Positions 1 through 8,784 of a stretch of DNA of 46,479 bases are shown piece after piece. The position numbers and the translations under genes were made by a program. Within the stretch, counting starts at the first letter, position 1; every line of letters starts with the position of its first letter. Under the pieces are notes generated by a model, which saw nothing but the letters and a program-made list of their open reading frames with translations, did not search any database and had not been told where the DNA came from. Location: NCBI GenBank assembly GCA_963754945.1, contig CAVWIG010000010.1:1-46479 (forward strand), written 5' to 3'. The DNA comes from Methanotrichaceae archaeon. GTDB lineage: Archaea > Halobacteriota > Methanosarcinia > Methanotrichales > Methanotrichaceae.

Positions 1-257
1 CTTGATCTGGTCCAGGTCCGGCCGGACGCCAACGTATTCCAGCTCGATCTTGCCGCTCTTGGCTAGCTCTGAGAGCCTCCGAAGCTCCTCAAGACCCTTT
101 ACAAACAGGTGTCTCGGCCGTGGTTGGCCTGGGCTTCCAGCTCTGCGACAACGGCCTCGGGGATGACAATTCTCTTGCCGGCGAGTTCTCCACCTTTGAC
201 CCTGGCGGAGATTCTGCCGTCGATTACCACACTTGTATCTGGAACTAAATACTGCAT
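1..257 (-). CDS. PINc/VapC-family (PINA-like) ATPase, 5' part; runs off window; apparent frameshift near 95-110
   Basis: Manual translation from ATG at 257: MQYLVPDTSVVIDGRISARVKGGELAGKRIVIPEAVVAELEAQANHGRDT / KGLEELRRLSELAKSGKIELEYVGVRPDLDQIK; DTS PIN motif and VVAELEAQAN are typical of the archaeal PIN-ATPase N-terminus. Confidence 0.85.
50..65. repeat. att-like core copy 1 (TTGCC-GCTCTT-GGCTA) inside the PIN-ATPase gene
   Basis: Same 16-mer recurs at 1276-1291 and 4504-4519; 5-bp inverted arms (imperfect in this copy) around a 6-bp spacer. Confidence 0.6.
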
Positions 258-349
258 CTTCTAAAACATCCTTGAATCATCAATTAACCTGTTAATGAAA
301 AAATAGAGCTAAAGAATAAACTATATCCATCTTTCGCTTTTCGGCGATC

Positions 350-398
350 TCTATCTGCCACATGGGCGTACTTTAGAGTGGTTCTGATAGTCTCTGTG
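350..398 (-). pseudogene. 3'-terminal remnant of a tyrosine recombinase/integrase
   Basis: Minus strand reads H-R-D-(+1 nt)-I-R-T-T-L-K-Y-A-H-V-A-D-R, matching box II (HxxIxTTxxYxH) with the catalytic Tyr; the rest of the gene is absent. Confidence 0.65.
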
Positions 399-487
399 CA
401 TCGGCGGTCCCTCCACGAGCCTAGTGTCCTACCATTTTAGCTACAAAAATGGTGCAGTGAAAGCTGAACACCACGAATGAGTCCAAT

Positions 488-964
488 CACATTCTTGCTT
501 TAGGCTTTAGGCGCTTTAGGTGGTCATTCGTTGTGATCGCCCGTCGAATTAGTAAAAGCATCCTGGACATTCTTCATAATCGGCAAAATCTTTGCCCCCT
601 TTCGCGTGGTTATGTATAACCTATCTTTTTTCTCGATCATCCCATTTCCGACCAATATTTCTAGGTATGAACTCGCAACGTTGGCATTCAAAGCAACCTT
701 ATTGGCAACAGCGGTCTTATTGATGCCTTCGCAGCATGCTTCAAGAATTTGATAAATTATCCCTTCTCTGGTTCTCTTTTTTCCCTTTCGTTTCTTCGTG
801 GTCAACCCCTCACTCCCAAAAGAGAGCTGAAAGTCCCAGACTGGAACAAAAAGTCGAGGAAGGATCTTGGATATGCGGTTCAGCTCTCATACTTGATCGT
901 TTGGTTACGTCAATCAACGAATTTAAATCTGTTGGTGAGATTATGATATCGACTAATTATCACA
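488..964. repeat. ~480-bp direct repeat (wHTH gene plus upstream region), copy 1
   Basis: Aligns by eye with 3267-3733 at high identity, including ~160 bp of upstream non-coding DNA. Confidence 0.9.
524..805 (-). CDS. winged helix-turn-helix regulator (archaeal HTH_45-like)
   Basis: KRTREGIIYQILEACCEGINKT...ANVASSYLEILVGNGMIE...YITTRKG pattern; TTG start after GAGGGG. Confidence 0.85.
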   Translation of the reverse strand: MTTKKRKGKKRTREGIIYQILEACCEGINKTAVANKVALNANVASSYLEILVGNGMIEKKDRLYITTRKGAKILPIMKNVQDAFTNSTGDHNE

Positions 965-1275
965 ATCAATTGATATAAGCCACTAAATCGGAGTATCGTC
1001 TTGCATACTCATTGATGCTACATCATTGCATTAATCAATTATATCATTATATGTATAGGCATACTTAAAAAGTAGTGCGAGTGTCCTTATTCGTTGTATT
1101 TGGTTCGATTTTGATTTCGATAGACCGGCTTTCTCCCCAACAGCGCTACAAAGTCAAGGACCATATCTCACAGGACATCGCAGAGGTTGTCAAGGTCTGG
1201 ATGTTTCATTCTCGGAGAGCTTACTCGGGTCGGTTGAACAGTCTCCGGGAGCGTTTCAATATCCTGCGGACTCAA

Positions 1276-1310
1276 TTGCCGCTCTTGGCAAGCTCGGGGA
1301 GCCTGCCTGA
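1276..1310. repeat. att-like core copy 2 plus short PIN-ATPase-derived flank
   Basis: TTGCCGCTCTTGGCAAGCTCGGGGAGCC versus gene copy TTGCCGCTCTTGGCTAGCTCTGAGAGCC. Confidence 0.6.
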
Positions 1311-1391
1311 ATGCCGAGAAAAAGAAGATAGAAAATGAAGAACAGGTTGTACATACCTGCTCAGAACTTTGGAGCTTTATCCGTCAAATCC

Positions 1392-2701
1392 TTAACGAAT
1401 TAGCTTAAACCCAGAACGACTTGAACGCCACAACTCGTATACCATCACTACTAACGCTAGTAGAGCGGCACTATAGCACCATTTCATCAGTGTAGCGTCC
1501 AGGTGGAATGTCCAGAAATACATCCCTGCGCTTCCCAATAGAGCCGTGAAGATGGCGATCAATGAAGCCAGGTTGCTTACCTTTTTTGGGACCTCCTGCC
1601 CTTTCAAACAGAGCAGACCTACCAATAGTACTGGTAGGATCATAAAGCCAAACAGCAGATGACCACGAATAAAGGCTAAATCGTTCACCACTCCGGGAGC
1701 ATTGCCTTCTCCGCCGCCGAAAAATCCCTCATGAAACTCGATGTATATTCCAAGGCTAACAATTGAGACGAGAAAGGTGATGAACAGGAACGCCAAAACT
1801 GTCCGTAGAAACGGTCCATATGATGCAATCGCTTTTGTCGTCTTTTCCGTCATGATTGGTAAAAACATGGGCAATAGAAATAACATTCCAATGCCAAATA
1901 TAGTCAGTATAATATCGTCCAATGGCATGCCATTTGGTCCCGATGCGAATAACGTTGGAGGCTCCCAGACTAACCAAGCGCTATATTACGGTAGAGGGCA
2001 GTCTGGGCAACAGTTGCAATAAGGATAATGACAAGTCCGATCTTCTCGACATCTTTCTGCCAGGGCCTTCTTTCTCTGAAGTCGCTTATAATTGGAATAA
2101 CTAACACGGCGGCGAAGAATGCAGCTAACACCTCATGGCTGTGCGATCCAATATAGCCGTTCAAAACATCATCTGCTTTTGCACCAATTATGGCCACATG
2201 TAGCGTGAAGAGTGGAAAATTTCCGCTAAAATCCTGCACCATGCCTGCAAGGTGTCCGAGAGGCGTTGCCAAAGACATGGAGATAAGCGCAACTATAAGC
2301 GTCGATCTTTCAAGCAGCTTATTGGCGCGGCCTCCCGAAAGCCAGGTATCGCGTGCCAACAATGCTATGACGATCCAGGCTGTGATATCAGCCAGGACCA
2401 TGCCGATTGTTATGATGACCGTGCCCTGGGAGATCCCCTCCTGTTTTATCAATGCACCCCCGACTCCGGCCAAAAATCCTGCTGTAACCAAACCAAAGCT
2501 AATCGCCGTTGTTGCCGTGCTGCCTAACGGTTTCAGCATTAGTCGAGCTGATAAGAGGATCAGAAGCATCCAGGCCGAAATACCGATACCATGGTAATAC
2601 ATCGCCTCTCGATATTCGAAATCGCCGGGATTAAACCATTGTACACCGAGAAGCGGAGCTACAAGCATCAAGAGGAATATCCAGCCCAGCAAAACCGCCA
2701 T
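1392..2701 (-). CDS. polytopic His-rich membrane protein; one gene split by a frameshift near 1985-1992
   Basis: ORFs 1970-2701 and 1392-1928 join through an open frame YSAWLVWEPPTLFASGPNG-MPLDD; about 11-12 hydrophobic segments; YYHG, GH, HSH, RGH motifs. Confidence 0.7.
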
Positions 2702-3018
2702 AGGAGGCGGTAAATATCGTGAGATATATTTATTAATCCTACTGGGGTGATTAATTTGATTCGTGCTATCGCCATAAAAGGTAACGCTCTCTTACGATAA
2801 GAAGTATGTGCCGTAGAAGTGACTTCGTCATGAAATCTGGAGCACAAAGGCTTTTTGGATAACGAGTCCAGAAAGATATTTATAAAAGTAAGATGCGGCC
2901 ATTTTTGGCTAAAAAAAAAGACTGCCTGGTCAGGTAGGGATCAGGTAGGTTCTTCAATAGTCTGGCGGAATGGAGCCCGCCTCCAAAGCGGCTATTTCTG
3001 AGGCTAAAGTGCAATCTC

Positions 3019-3205
3019 CTACCTGGCAGGTTGTGTCTGCACCGTCTCACAGCCGAGCATATCAGATACTTCCCCGGCTGCCTTTGCAATTGAGGAGTCT
3101 GCATTGTGGGTGTCGCATCCGAAACATGCACTCTTGAATTGCTTTCAACGATTCCTCTGCCTTTTCTTTGGACATGTTTTTGTCCGTGTACTTCCATGTC
3201 GGCAT
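3019..3205 (-). CDS. small CxxC protein (~61 aa, one-base frameshift)
   Basis: Manual translation MPTWKYTDKNMSKEKAEESLKAI/KSACFGCDTHNADSSIAKAAGEVSDMLGCETVQTQPAR*, preceded by AGGTGA RBS. Confidence 0.55.
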
Positions 3206-3266
3206 TTTCTCACCTGAGCCGACGAAGGTCCCTCAAGTGAGGAGCTTTTAGCTTGTCAAGGCCAAG

Positions 3267-3733
3267 CACATTCTTGCCTCAAGCTTCAAGGGTCATTCGG
3301 TATGAACGTCCGTCGAATTAGTAAAAGCATCCTGAACATTCTTCATGACCGGCAAAATCTTCGCCCCTTTGAGCGTAGTTATATATAACCTATCTTTTTT
3401 CTCGATCATTCCATTTCTGATCAATTTTTCCAGGTATGAACTCGCAACGTTGGCATTCAAAGCAGCCTTATTGGCAACTGTGGTCTTTTTGATGCCTTCG
3501 CAGCATGCTTCAAGAATTTGATAAATTATCTCTTCTCTGGTTCTTTTTTTCCCCCTTCGTATCTTCGTGGTCAACCCCTCACTCCCAAAGAGAGCTGAGA
3601 GTCCCAGACTAGAACAAAAAGTCGAGGAAGGATCTTGGATATGTGACTCTACGCTCATAATTGATCGACCTATCTACGTCAATCAACGAATTTAAATCTG
3701 TTGGTGGGATTATGATATCGACTAATTATCACA
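3267..3733. repeat. ~470-bp direct repeat (wHTH gene plus upstream region), copy 2
   Basis: Aligns with 488-964. Confidence 0.9.
3293..3574 (-). CDS. winged helix-turn-helix regulator, paralog of 524-805
   Basis: Same 93-aa length from the equivalent TTG start; near-identical protein. Confidence 0.85.
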   Translation of the reverse strand: MTTKIRRGKKRTREEIIYQILEACCEGIKKTTVANKAALNANVASSYLEKLIRNGMIEKKDRLYITTLKGAKILPVMKNVQDAFTNSTDVHTE

Positions 3734-3956
3734 TCAAAAATGAAATTCATAAAGAATAGGTAGACAGAGGACTTCATAGAGTAGCATTCTCGAGGGAGGA
3801 AAATCTGGTTGCAGGCCTACTTCTTCACCGCTTCTAAACTGATCCAAATGATCACATGTATTAGACTATCCTGGCTAGCTTTTCCGCGTATTCACTCATA
3901 TCTCCGCTCTAGTGTTAAACTGACTAAGAAAAGATTTTGATCAACGAAGGTAAGAA

Positions 3957-4174
3957 CTAACCCTCCTTGTCCCCGGCGTTCCTTGCTTCGGTTTCTTTAA
4001 GCAATGCAAGTCTAGCCAGGTTGACGTTTCTGAGACCATTCAGAACGCTCAAAACCAGTTCGATCTCTGCGACATCCTCGGTGATCGCCGCCTTAAAATC
4101 TACAGGCACCATCATGTTTCAAGCCTCTTTCTCTGCTTCCTCATCCCTGGAAAAGGCCACAATCTGTTCAACCA
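3957..4174 (-). pseudogene. small hypothetical protein with an internal TGA
   Basis: MVEQIVAFSRDEEAEKEA*NMMVPVDFKAAITEDVAEIELVLSVLNGLRNVNLARLALLKETEARNAGDKEG*; divergent from the AbrB gene. Confidence 0.35.
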
Positions 4175-4348
4175 TTTTTAAACATTCCGATATACCATGA
4201 TTACTCCACAGATATTTAAAGTTTTCTCATTATATACCCATTTTAAACTCATAAAAACCCATAAAAACCCGCAATCCATTAAGATTAAATATGCAGCAAA
4301 AAAAGGCACTCCGAGGGAAAAAGAATAGCTGAAAGTGACACCATCACA

Positions 4349-4476
4349 ATGAGGTTGAAGATAGATAGTCGTGGCCGGATTCAGATTAGGGAAGAAGACA
4401 GGGACTTTTTAGGCTTAACCGGCGGAGAGCTTTAGAAGTTACTATCCGCCGAGCAAATGCTCCAAAAAAATTATAA
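4349..4476 (+). CDS. AbrB/MazE/SpoVT-family DNA-binding protein (frameshift near 4431)
   Basis: MRLKIDSRGRIQIREEDRDFLGLTGGEL/LEVTIRRANAPKKL*; KIDxxGRIxI...R..LGL..G..LEV swapped-hairpin pattern. Confidence 0.65.
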
Positions 4477-4503
4477 TTTTCTTTTTGTCAATGTTGTAGT
4501 ATA

Positions 4504-4809
4504 TTGCCGCTCTTGGCAAGCTAGGAGAGCCTGCATAGCTCCTTAAGACACTTTACAACGGTGTCTCGGCCGTGGTCGATCTAGGCCTAATGCTCTGCGA
4601 CAACGATCTTTGGGGATGACAATTCTCTTGCCTGCGAGATCTTCCGACTTGACACCAGCGAGATTCTGCCGTCGATTACTACACTCGTATCTGGCACTAA
4701 ATACTGCATCTTCTAAAACATCTTTGAATCATCAATCAACATGTTAAATTAAAATAGAGCTAGAGATTAACTATCCATCTTTCGCTTTTGTCGATTACGT
4801 CTGGACATG
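4504..4809 (-). pseudogene. degenerate duplicate of the PIN-ATPase 5' end (ATG at 4709), its upstream region and the integrase 3' tip; truncated at the att-like core
   Basis: Aligns with 50-364 (e.g. ATTCTGCCGTCGATTAC, AAATACTGCATCTTCTAAAACATC, TATCCATCTTTCGCTTT); homology stops at TTGCC 4504. Confidence 0.85.
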
Positions 4810-4886
4810 AGTTGTATCCATTTCCTTGGGGCCATAGTTATGAAAAAGTAATTAAACGTGCATAATACATAGATCAAAAAATTGAT

Positions 4887-5666
4887 ATGAAGATACTTGA
4901 CTATGAAATACGTGATCATGAAGTTTTTGCCGTGTCACAGGTCAGATTTAAAAAAAATGGAAAAACTTTAGAAAGCTGTAGTGCAACAGGATTTTTTTAC
5001 GAACAAGATGATAAATTATATTTCATTACTAACCAACACGTCGTAATTGATGAAGAAAAATGTTTCGTTCCTGATGAGATTATATTAAATTTACATAAAA
5101 AAATTGGTAATTCGGTGGGATTCCCAATAAAACTTTATGATTCTAGTCGTAAACCGTTATGGCTTGAACATCCAACGTATCACAATGATGTCGATGTAGT
5201 GGCTATACCAGTTGATAAAAATAGAATGACGGAATTCCATATAGAGTCATTCAGCAAGGATTTTTGTTTACCAAGAAACCGATATGTTTCTATTGGAGAC
5301 GACCTTCTTGTTGTAGGTTATCCGTTGGGGATTTATGACAGTGCCCACAATACACCAATAATTCGTAGTGCAATTATGGCATCTGTATACCCTTTACCAT
5401 TCAAAGGCAAATGCTGTTTCTTAATTGATTCTTGTTTACATAATGGGACAAGTGGAAGTCCAGTGCTACTAAAGCCAAGTGTTGTCGTTCGTTATAATTC
5501 TGGACACGCAGATGTAATTATGGATCGTCATGAATCTTTTAAAAGATATTTGTTAGGAATTCACTCGGAACAATTCATTCCTGTAGATTCAGTGGAGTAT
5601 GATCCTACAAATCTCAACGTTATTTGGTATGCAAAGCTAATTCCTGAGATTATAAATGGAGGCTAG
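4887..5666 (+). CDS. trypsin-like serine protease (Trypsin_2-like), AT-rich
   Basis: ATGFF, ITNQHV (His), DVVAI (Asp), GYP, GTSGSPV (Ser) motifs. Confidence 0.85.
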   Translation: MKILDYEIRDHEVFAVSQVRFKKNGKTLESCSATGFFYEQDDKLYFITNQHVVIDEEKCFVPDEIILNLHKKIGNSVGFPIKLYDSSRKPLWLEHPTYHNDVDVVAIPVDKNRMTEFHIESFSKDFCLPRNRYVSIGDDLLVVGYPLGIYDSAHNTPIIRSAIMASVYPLPFKGKCCFLIDSCLHNGTSGSPVLLKPSVVVRYNSGHADVIMDRHESFKRYLLGIHSEQFIPVDSVEYDPTNLNVIWYAKLIPEIINGG

Positions 5667-5737
5667 TCGTTTTCTAGTTTATACTAAAACTGCAAAATGT
5701 TATCAGCAGAGGACCAAGAATTGACTCCGCAAGAATA

Positions 5738-6013
5738 GATCTTGAATCTATCGTCGTTGGCCTGATTATCACTGCACCAACAACCGAGAATGCATTTCCG
5801 GGTATGAAGATTCCACCCATAGCTATTTTCTAGTCCACATGCCTAACGCATGTCCAGTGGTAGTACCCGTGAATCCCTGTGCCGGTCACCTGGTCGAACT
5901 CCTCCAGCTCCAGGCTGCAGATCTCGCAGACTACACCATCTTCGATCTCGATCTCGGAGTCGTTGCATAGGACTGGTACCATCCTCTGAAACGCTCCTTT
6001 GAAAAGGCTTAAA
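5738..6013. repeat. microprotein module repeat, copy 1
   Basis: Aligns with 10958-11240 and 16425-16757; homology ends after GAAAAGGCTTAAA. Confidence 0.9.
5830..5982 (-). CDS. 50-aa putative zinc-binding microprotein, copy 1
   Basis: MVPVLCNDSEIEIEDGVVCEICSLELEEFDQVTGTGIHGYYHWTCVRHVD; same start and stop in three copies. Confidence 0.75.
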   Translation of the reverse strand: MVPVLCNDSEIEIEDGVVCEICSLELEEFDQVTGTGIHGYYHWTCVRHVD

Positions 6014-6227
6014 TCTGTGGCAGCCGAGGACACGGTCACGAGTAGACTGAGATGGGCCTGTCATTTTTCAGAAATCTCATCGTAATTTTCTTTTAGCTAG
6101 GGACAAGAAATGTAGCCAAAAGCAGCCGTCCTAATCTCGCCGCAAAGGTCACTTCAGGATTCTGTTCTCAGGGGTCGCCCAAAAAAAGCGCTAAGCCATA
6201 GGCAAAAAAAAGAGATAGAACGGCAGC

Positions 6228-6935
6228 CTACACGCTGGATGAGTCCAGGGCTTGCACGGGGAGTTCCTTTGCCTTTGCGTATGCAGCCTCCGATCCGGTC
6301 TGGTTGCCCAGTGACTTCAAGATATCGCCCCTGTGTATCCAAACTATCGAATCTGAGGGTGTTAGCCCCAGGGCTCTGTCTATGTACTGGAGGGCTTCAT
6401 CATTCTTACCAAGCTTTTCCAGAGCAACGCCCTTCGTGTCAAGAGTCGCTGCAAGGTCTTCGTTTAGAAGCACAATTGCTTTATCAGAGTAGTTTATCGC
6501 CTCCTCGTACTGGTCCTGTTTGTAGAGCAACCAGGCTTTATCGTTCCAGGCCATGGCATAGTTGGGATCTATCTCAAGTGCGATATCGTAAGCATTTCTC
6601 GACCCATTGAAATCGCCCAGACCGTGGAGGGCCACGCCTTTGCCCACCCATGCCCTGACGTAGTTCGGGTCCAGATTCAAGGCCTTGTCAAAGCTTATGA
6701 TTGACTCGTTGTACCTGCCAATCTTCCAAAGGGCTTCGCCTTTCCCAGCCAGTGCGGCTATGTGCGTTTCATTGATCTTAAGGGCCTTATCATAAGCCTG
6801 GATGGAATCATTGAATTTATACTGCTCCAGGAGATCATTGCCTTGGGCGGTCCAGTACACGCTGGTGTTGTTCTCTGTGCTTGCTGCCACGGAGATGGAT
6901 ATCGCCAGCATAGTTAGGATTAGGAGGGCTTTCAC
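6228..6935 (-). CDS. secreted tetratricopeptide repeat protein
   Basis: N-terminal signal peptide; repeated AW..KG..L..LG.Y..S...YDKA...DP motifs. Confidence 0.9.
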   Translation of the reverse strand: MKALLILTMLAISISVAASTENNTSVYWTAQGNDLLEQYKFNDSIQAYDKALKINETHIAALAGKGEALWKIGRYNESIISFDKALNLDPNYVRAWVGKGVALHGLGDFNGSRNAYDIALEIDPNYAMAWNDKAWLLYKQDQYEEAINYSDKAIVLLNEDLAATLDTKGVALEKLGKNDEALQYIDRALGLTPSDSIVWIHRGDILKSLGNQTGSEAAYAKAKELPVQALDSSSV

Positions 6936-7055
6936 AAACTCACCTGGACACTATTTTAACGCGCTCAATTAAAAAGTTTATGGGATGTGTATGTGCTAAG
7001 ATTGGAGTGAACCCCTCCGAGTAGACAATGAGTTAAGCGAATAAGTCCTTGGAGG

Positions 7056-7391
7056 GTGCAGATGAAGAAAACAAGGCGACGCTACGACCGAGATTTCAAG
7101 ATATCGGTAATAGCTGAGCTTGAAGGTGGCAAGACTTCTGCTAAAATTGCCCGCGAGCACGGGATTCATCCCGGTCTTCCATCTCGGTGGAGAGATGAAT
7201 TGGCTGAGAATCCCGAAAAAGCGTTCAGCGACAACGGCAAGAGGTACAAGTACGAGGCACGAATTGCAGAGCTTGAGAGGTTGCTCGGCCAGTCTCATGC
7301 CGAGAATGAACTTTTAAAAAAAGCCTTTGCCATGACACAAAGGAAGGTCCGAGTGGAGAGAATCAAACCGACTCTAGGAGACTATTTATGA
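7056..7391 (+). CDS. IS3 transposase OrfA (HTH)
   Basis: RRRYDRDFKISVI...AKIAREHGI; A7G run at 7316-7323 with the -1 frame open into OrfB. Confidence 0.9.
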   Translation: MQMKKTRRRYDRDFKISVIAELEGGKTSAKIAREHGIHPGLPSRWRDELAENPEKAFSDNGKRYKYEARIAELERLLGQSHAENELLKKAFAMTQRKVRVERIKPTLGDYL

Positions 7392-8266
7392 TTATCCAGG
7401 AAACCCTATCCAACGGCCTTCAATTGTCTATAACTCAATCCTGTCATGCCCTGGAAGTAAGCCGAAGCGGCTACTTCAAATGGCGGAATCAACCAGGAGC
7501 AACTCCATTTGAGAATAGCGAAAACGAGGATCTGAAGGACCAGATTCAAGAGATCGCTCTAGAATTCCCTGGATATGGATACCAAAGGATAACAGTTGAA
7601 CTCCAGAACAGAGGACATGCGGTTAATCACAATCGCGTGCTGAGCCTCATACGGCAGGATAACCTGCTGTGCCTGAAGAAGAAATTCAAGCCGGTGACTA
7701 CCGATTTCAATCATGGATTGCCGGTATATCCAAACCTTCTAAAGAACGCCAAGATTACAGGATTAAATCAGGTATGGGCATCGGATATCACATACGTCCA
7801 GTTGCTTCATGAGAATATCTACCTCGCAGTGATTCTGGATCTCTCTAGCAGAAAGTGCATTGGATGGGATCTGGGTAGGAATATGGGGCGTCAATTGGTT
7901 ATGAATGCCCTCGCCAGGGCATTAAAAAATCGATGCACAAAATCAACAAAAGGGCTCATTCATCATTCGGATCAGGGCGTTCAATATGCATCCCAAGATT
8001 ATGTTGATTGTCTTAAAAAGCACAACATTCTGATCAGCATGTCACGCAAAGGAAATCCTTACGACAATGCGTTTGCAGAAAGCTTCATGAAGACATTAAA
8101 ATGGGAGGAGGTATATCTGAACGAATACGAAACATTTGAAGATGCCCTCAGAAACATACGGCATTTTATTGAGAAGGTTTACAATAAGAAAAGGTTGCAT
8201 TCAGGTCTGGGATACAAGTCCCCGGATCAGTTTGAAATGGAGATTGCCTTAAATACTGTTGCTTAA
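7388..8266 (+). CDS. IS3 transposase OrfB (DDE/rve)
   Basis: WASDITY, HHSDQGVQY, DNAFAESF, YNKKRLHSGLGY motifs. Confidence 0.95.
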   Translation: MIIQETLSNGLQLSITQSCHALEVSRSGYFKWRNQPGATPFENSENEDLKDQIQEIALEFPGYGYQRITVELQNRGHAVNHNRVLSLIRQDNLLCLKKKFKPVTTDFNHGLPVYPNLLKNAKITGLNQVWASDITYVQLLHENIYLAVILDLSSRKCIGWDLGRNMGRQLVMNALARALKNRCTKSTKGLIHHSDQGVQYASQDYVDCLKKHNILISMSRKGNPYDNAFAESFMKTLKWEEVYLNEYETFEDALRNIRHFIEKVYNKKRLHSGLGYKSPDQFEMEIALNTVA

Positions 8267-8784
8267 CTACCTGTCTACTATCAGGGGTTCAGTCCAGATC
8301 CTTCTAGGATACTCAAGGCCAACAAGATCCAGTCAAGGTGCCTGCCCGTGTTGTTGTAGTGAGTATTATAACGCTTAGACCGAGCGAACCATGGAACTGC
8401 GCCTATTCAACAAGCTGCAGCTTCTCGGTGAAGACAAATTGCCCTTGCATAATTTGATATATACAAGTGCAGGAGAGATTACATACAACCTGCCGGACTT
8501 GACAGGGCCGAGGCATATCGTTTTGCCTAATGAATGACAAGAAACAGTCCAAGCGGACCATAAAATAATCCGCCCAACGGCTTCGGCGCGGAGCTGAAAT
8601 TATAGTCATCCCCTAACTTTTTACGCCAATAAATCTATCTACCCAAGATCTTGAGTATCATTCTTTTCTTGAATAAAATATCTCTAGAGCACTATTGATA
8701 TTTTATTAAAAAAATAAAAATAGAGTAAACTTTAAATAGTTTCCCAATGAAACTGTCTTATTACTATTATTGGGGGATGTTTAA

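Larger units (their letters stand above)
7003..8296 (+). mobile_element. IS3-family insertion sequence, complete
   Basis: TIRs TGGAGTGAACCCCTCCGAGTAGACA / TGTCTACTATCAGGGGTTCAGTCCA; 3-bp TSD GAT (7000-7002, 8297-8299). Confidence 0.95.

Noticed and set aside
1075-1338. 87-aa ORF spanning att core 2
   Set aside because: No recognisable motif, and it crosses a recombination-like junction; probably not a real gene.
8595-8660. Possible fourth remnant of the module flank (AAATTATAGTCA...ATCTTGAGT, compare 16395-16434)
   Set aside because: Only two short AT-rich matches with different spacing; plausible but not supportable without alignment statistics.
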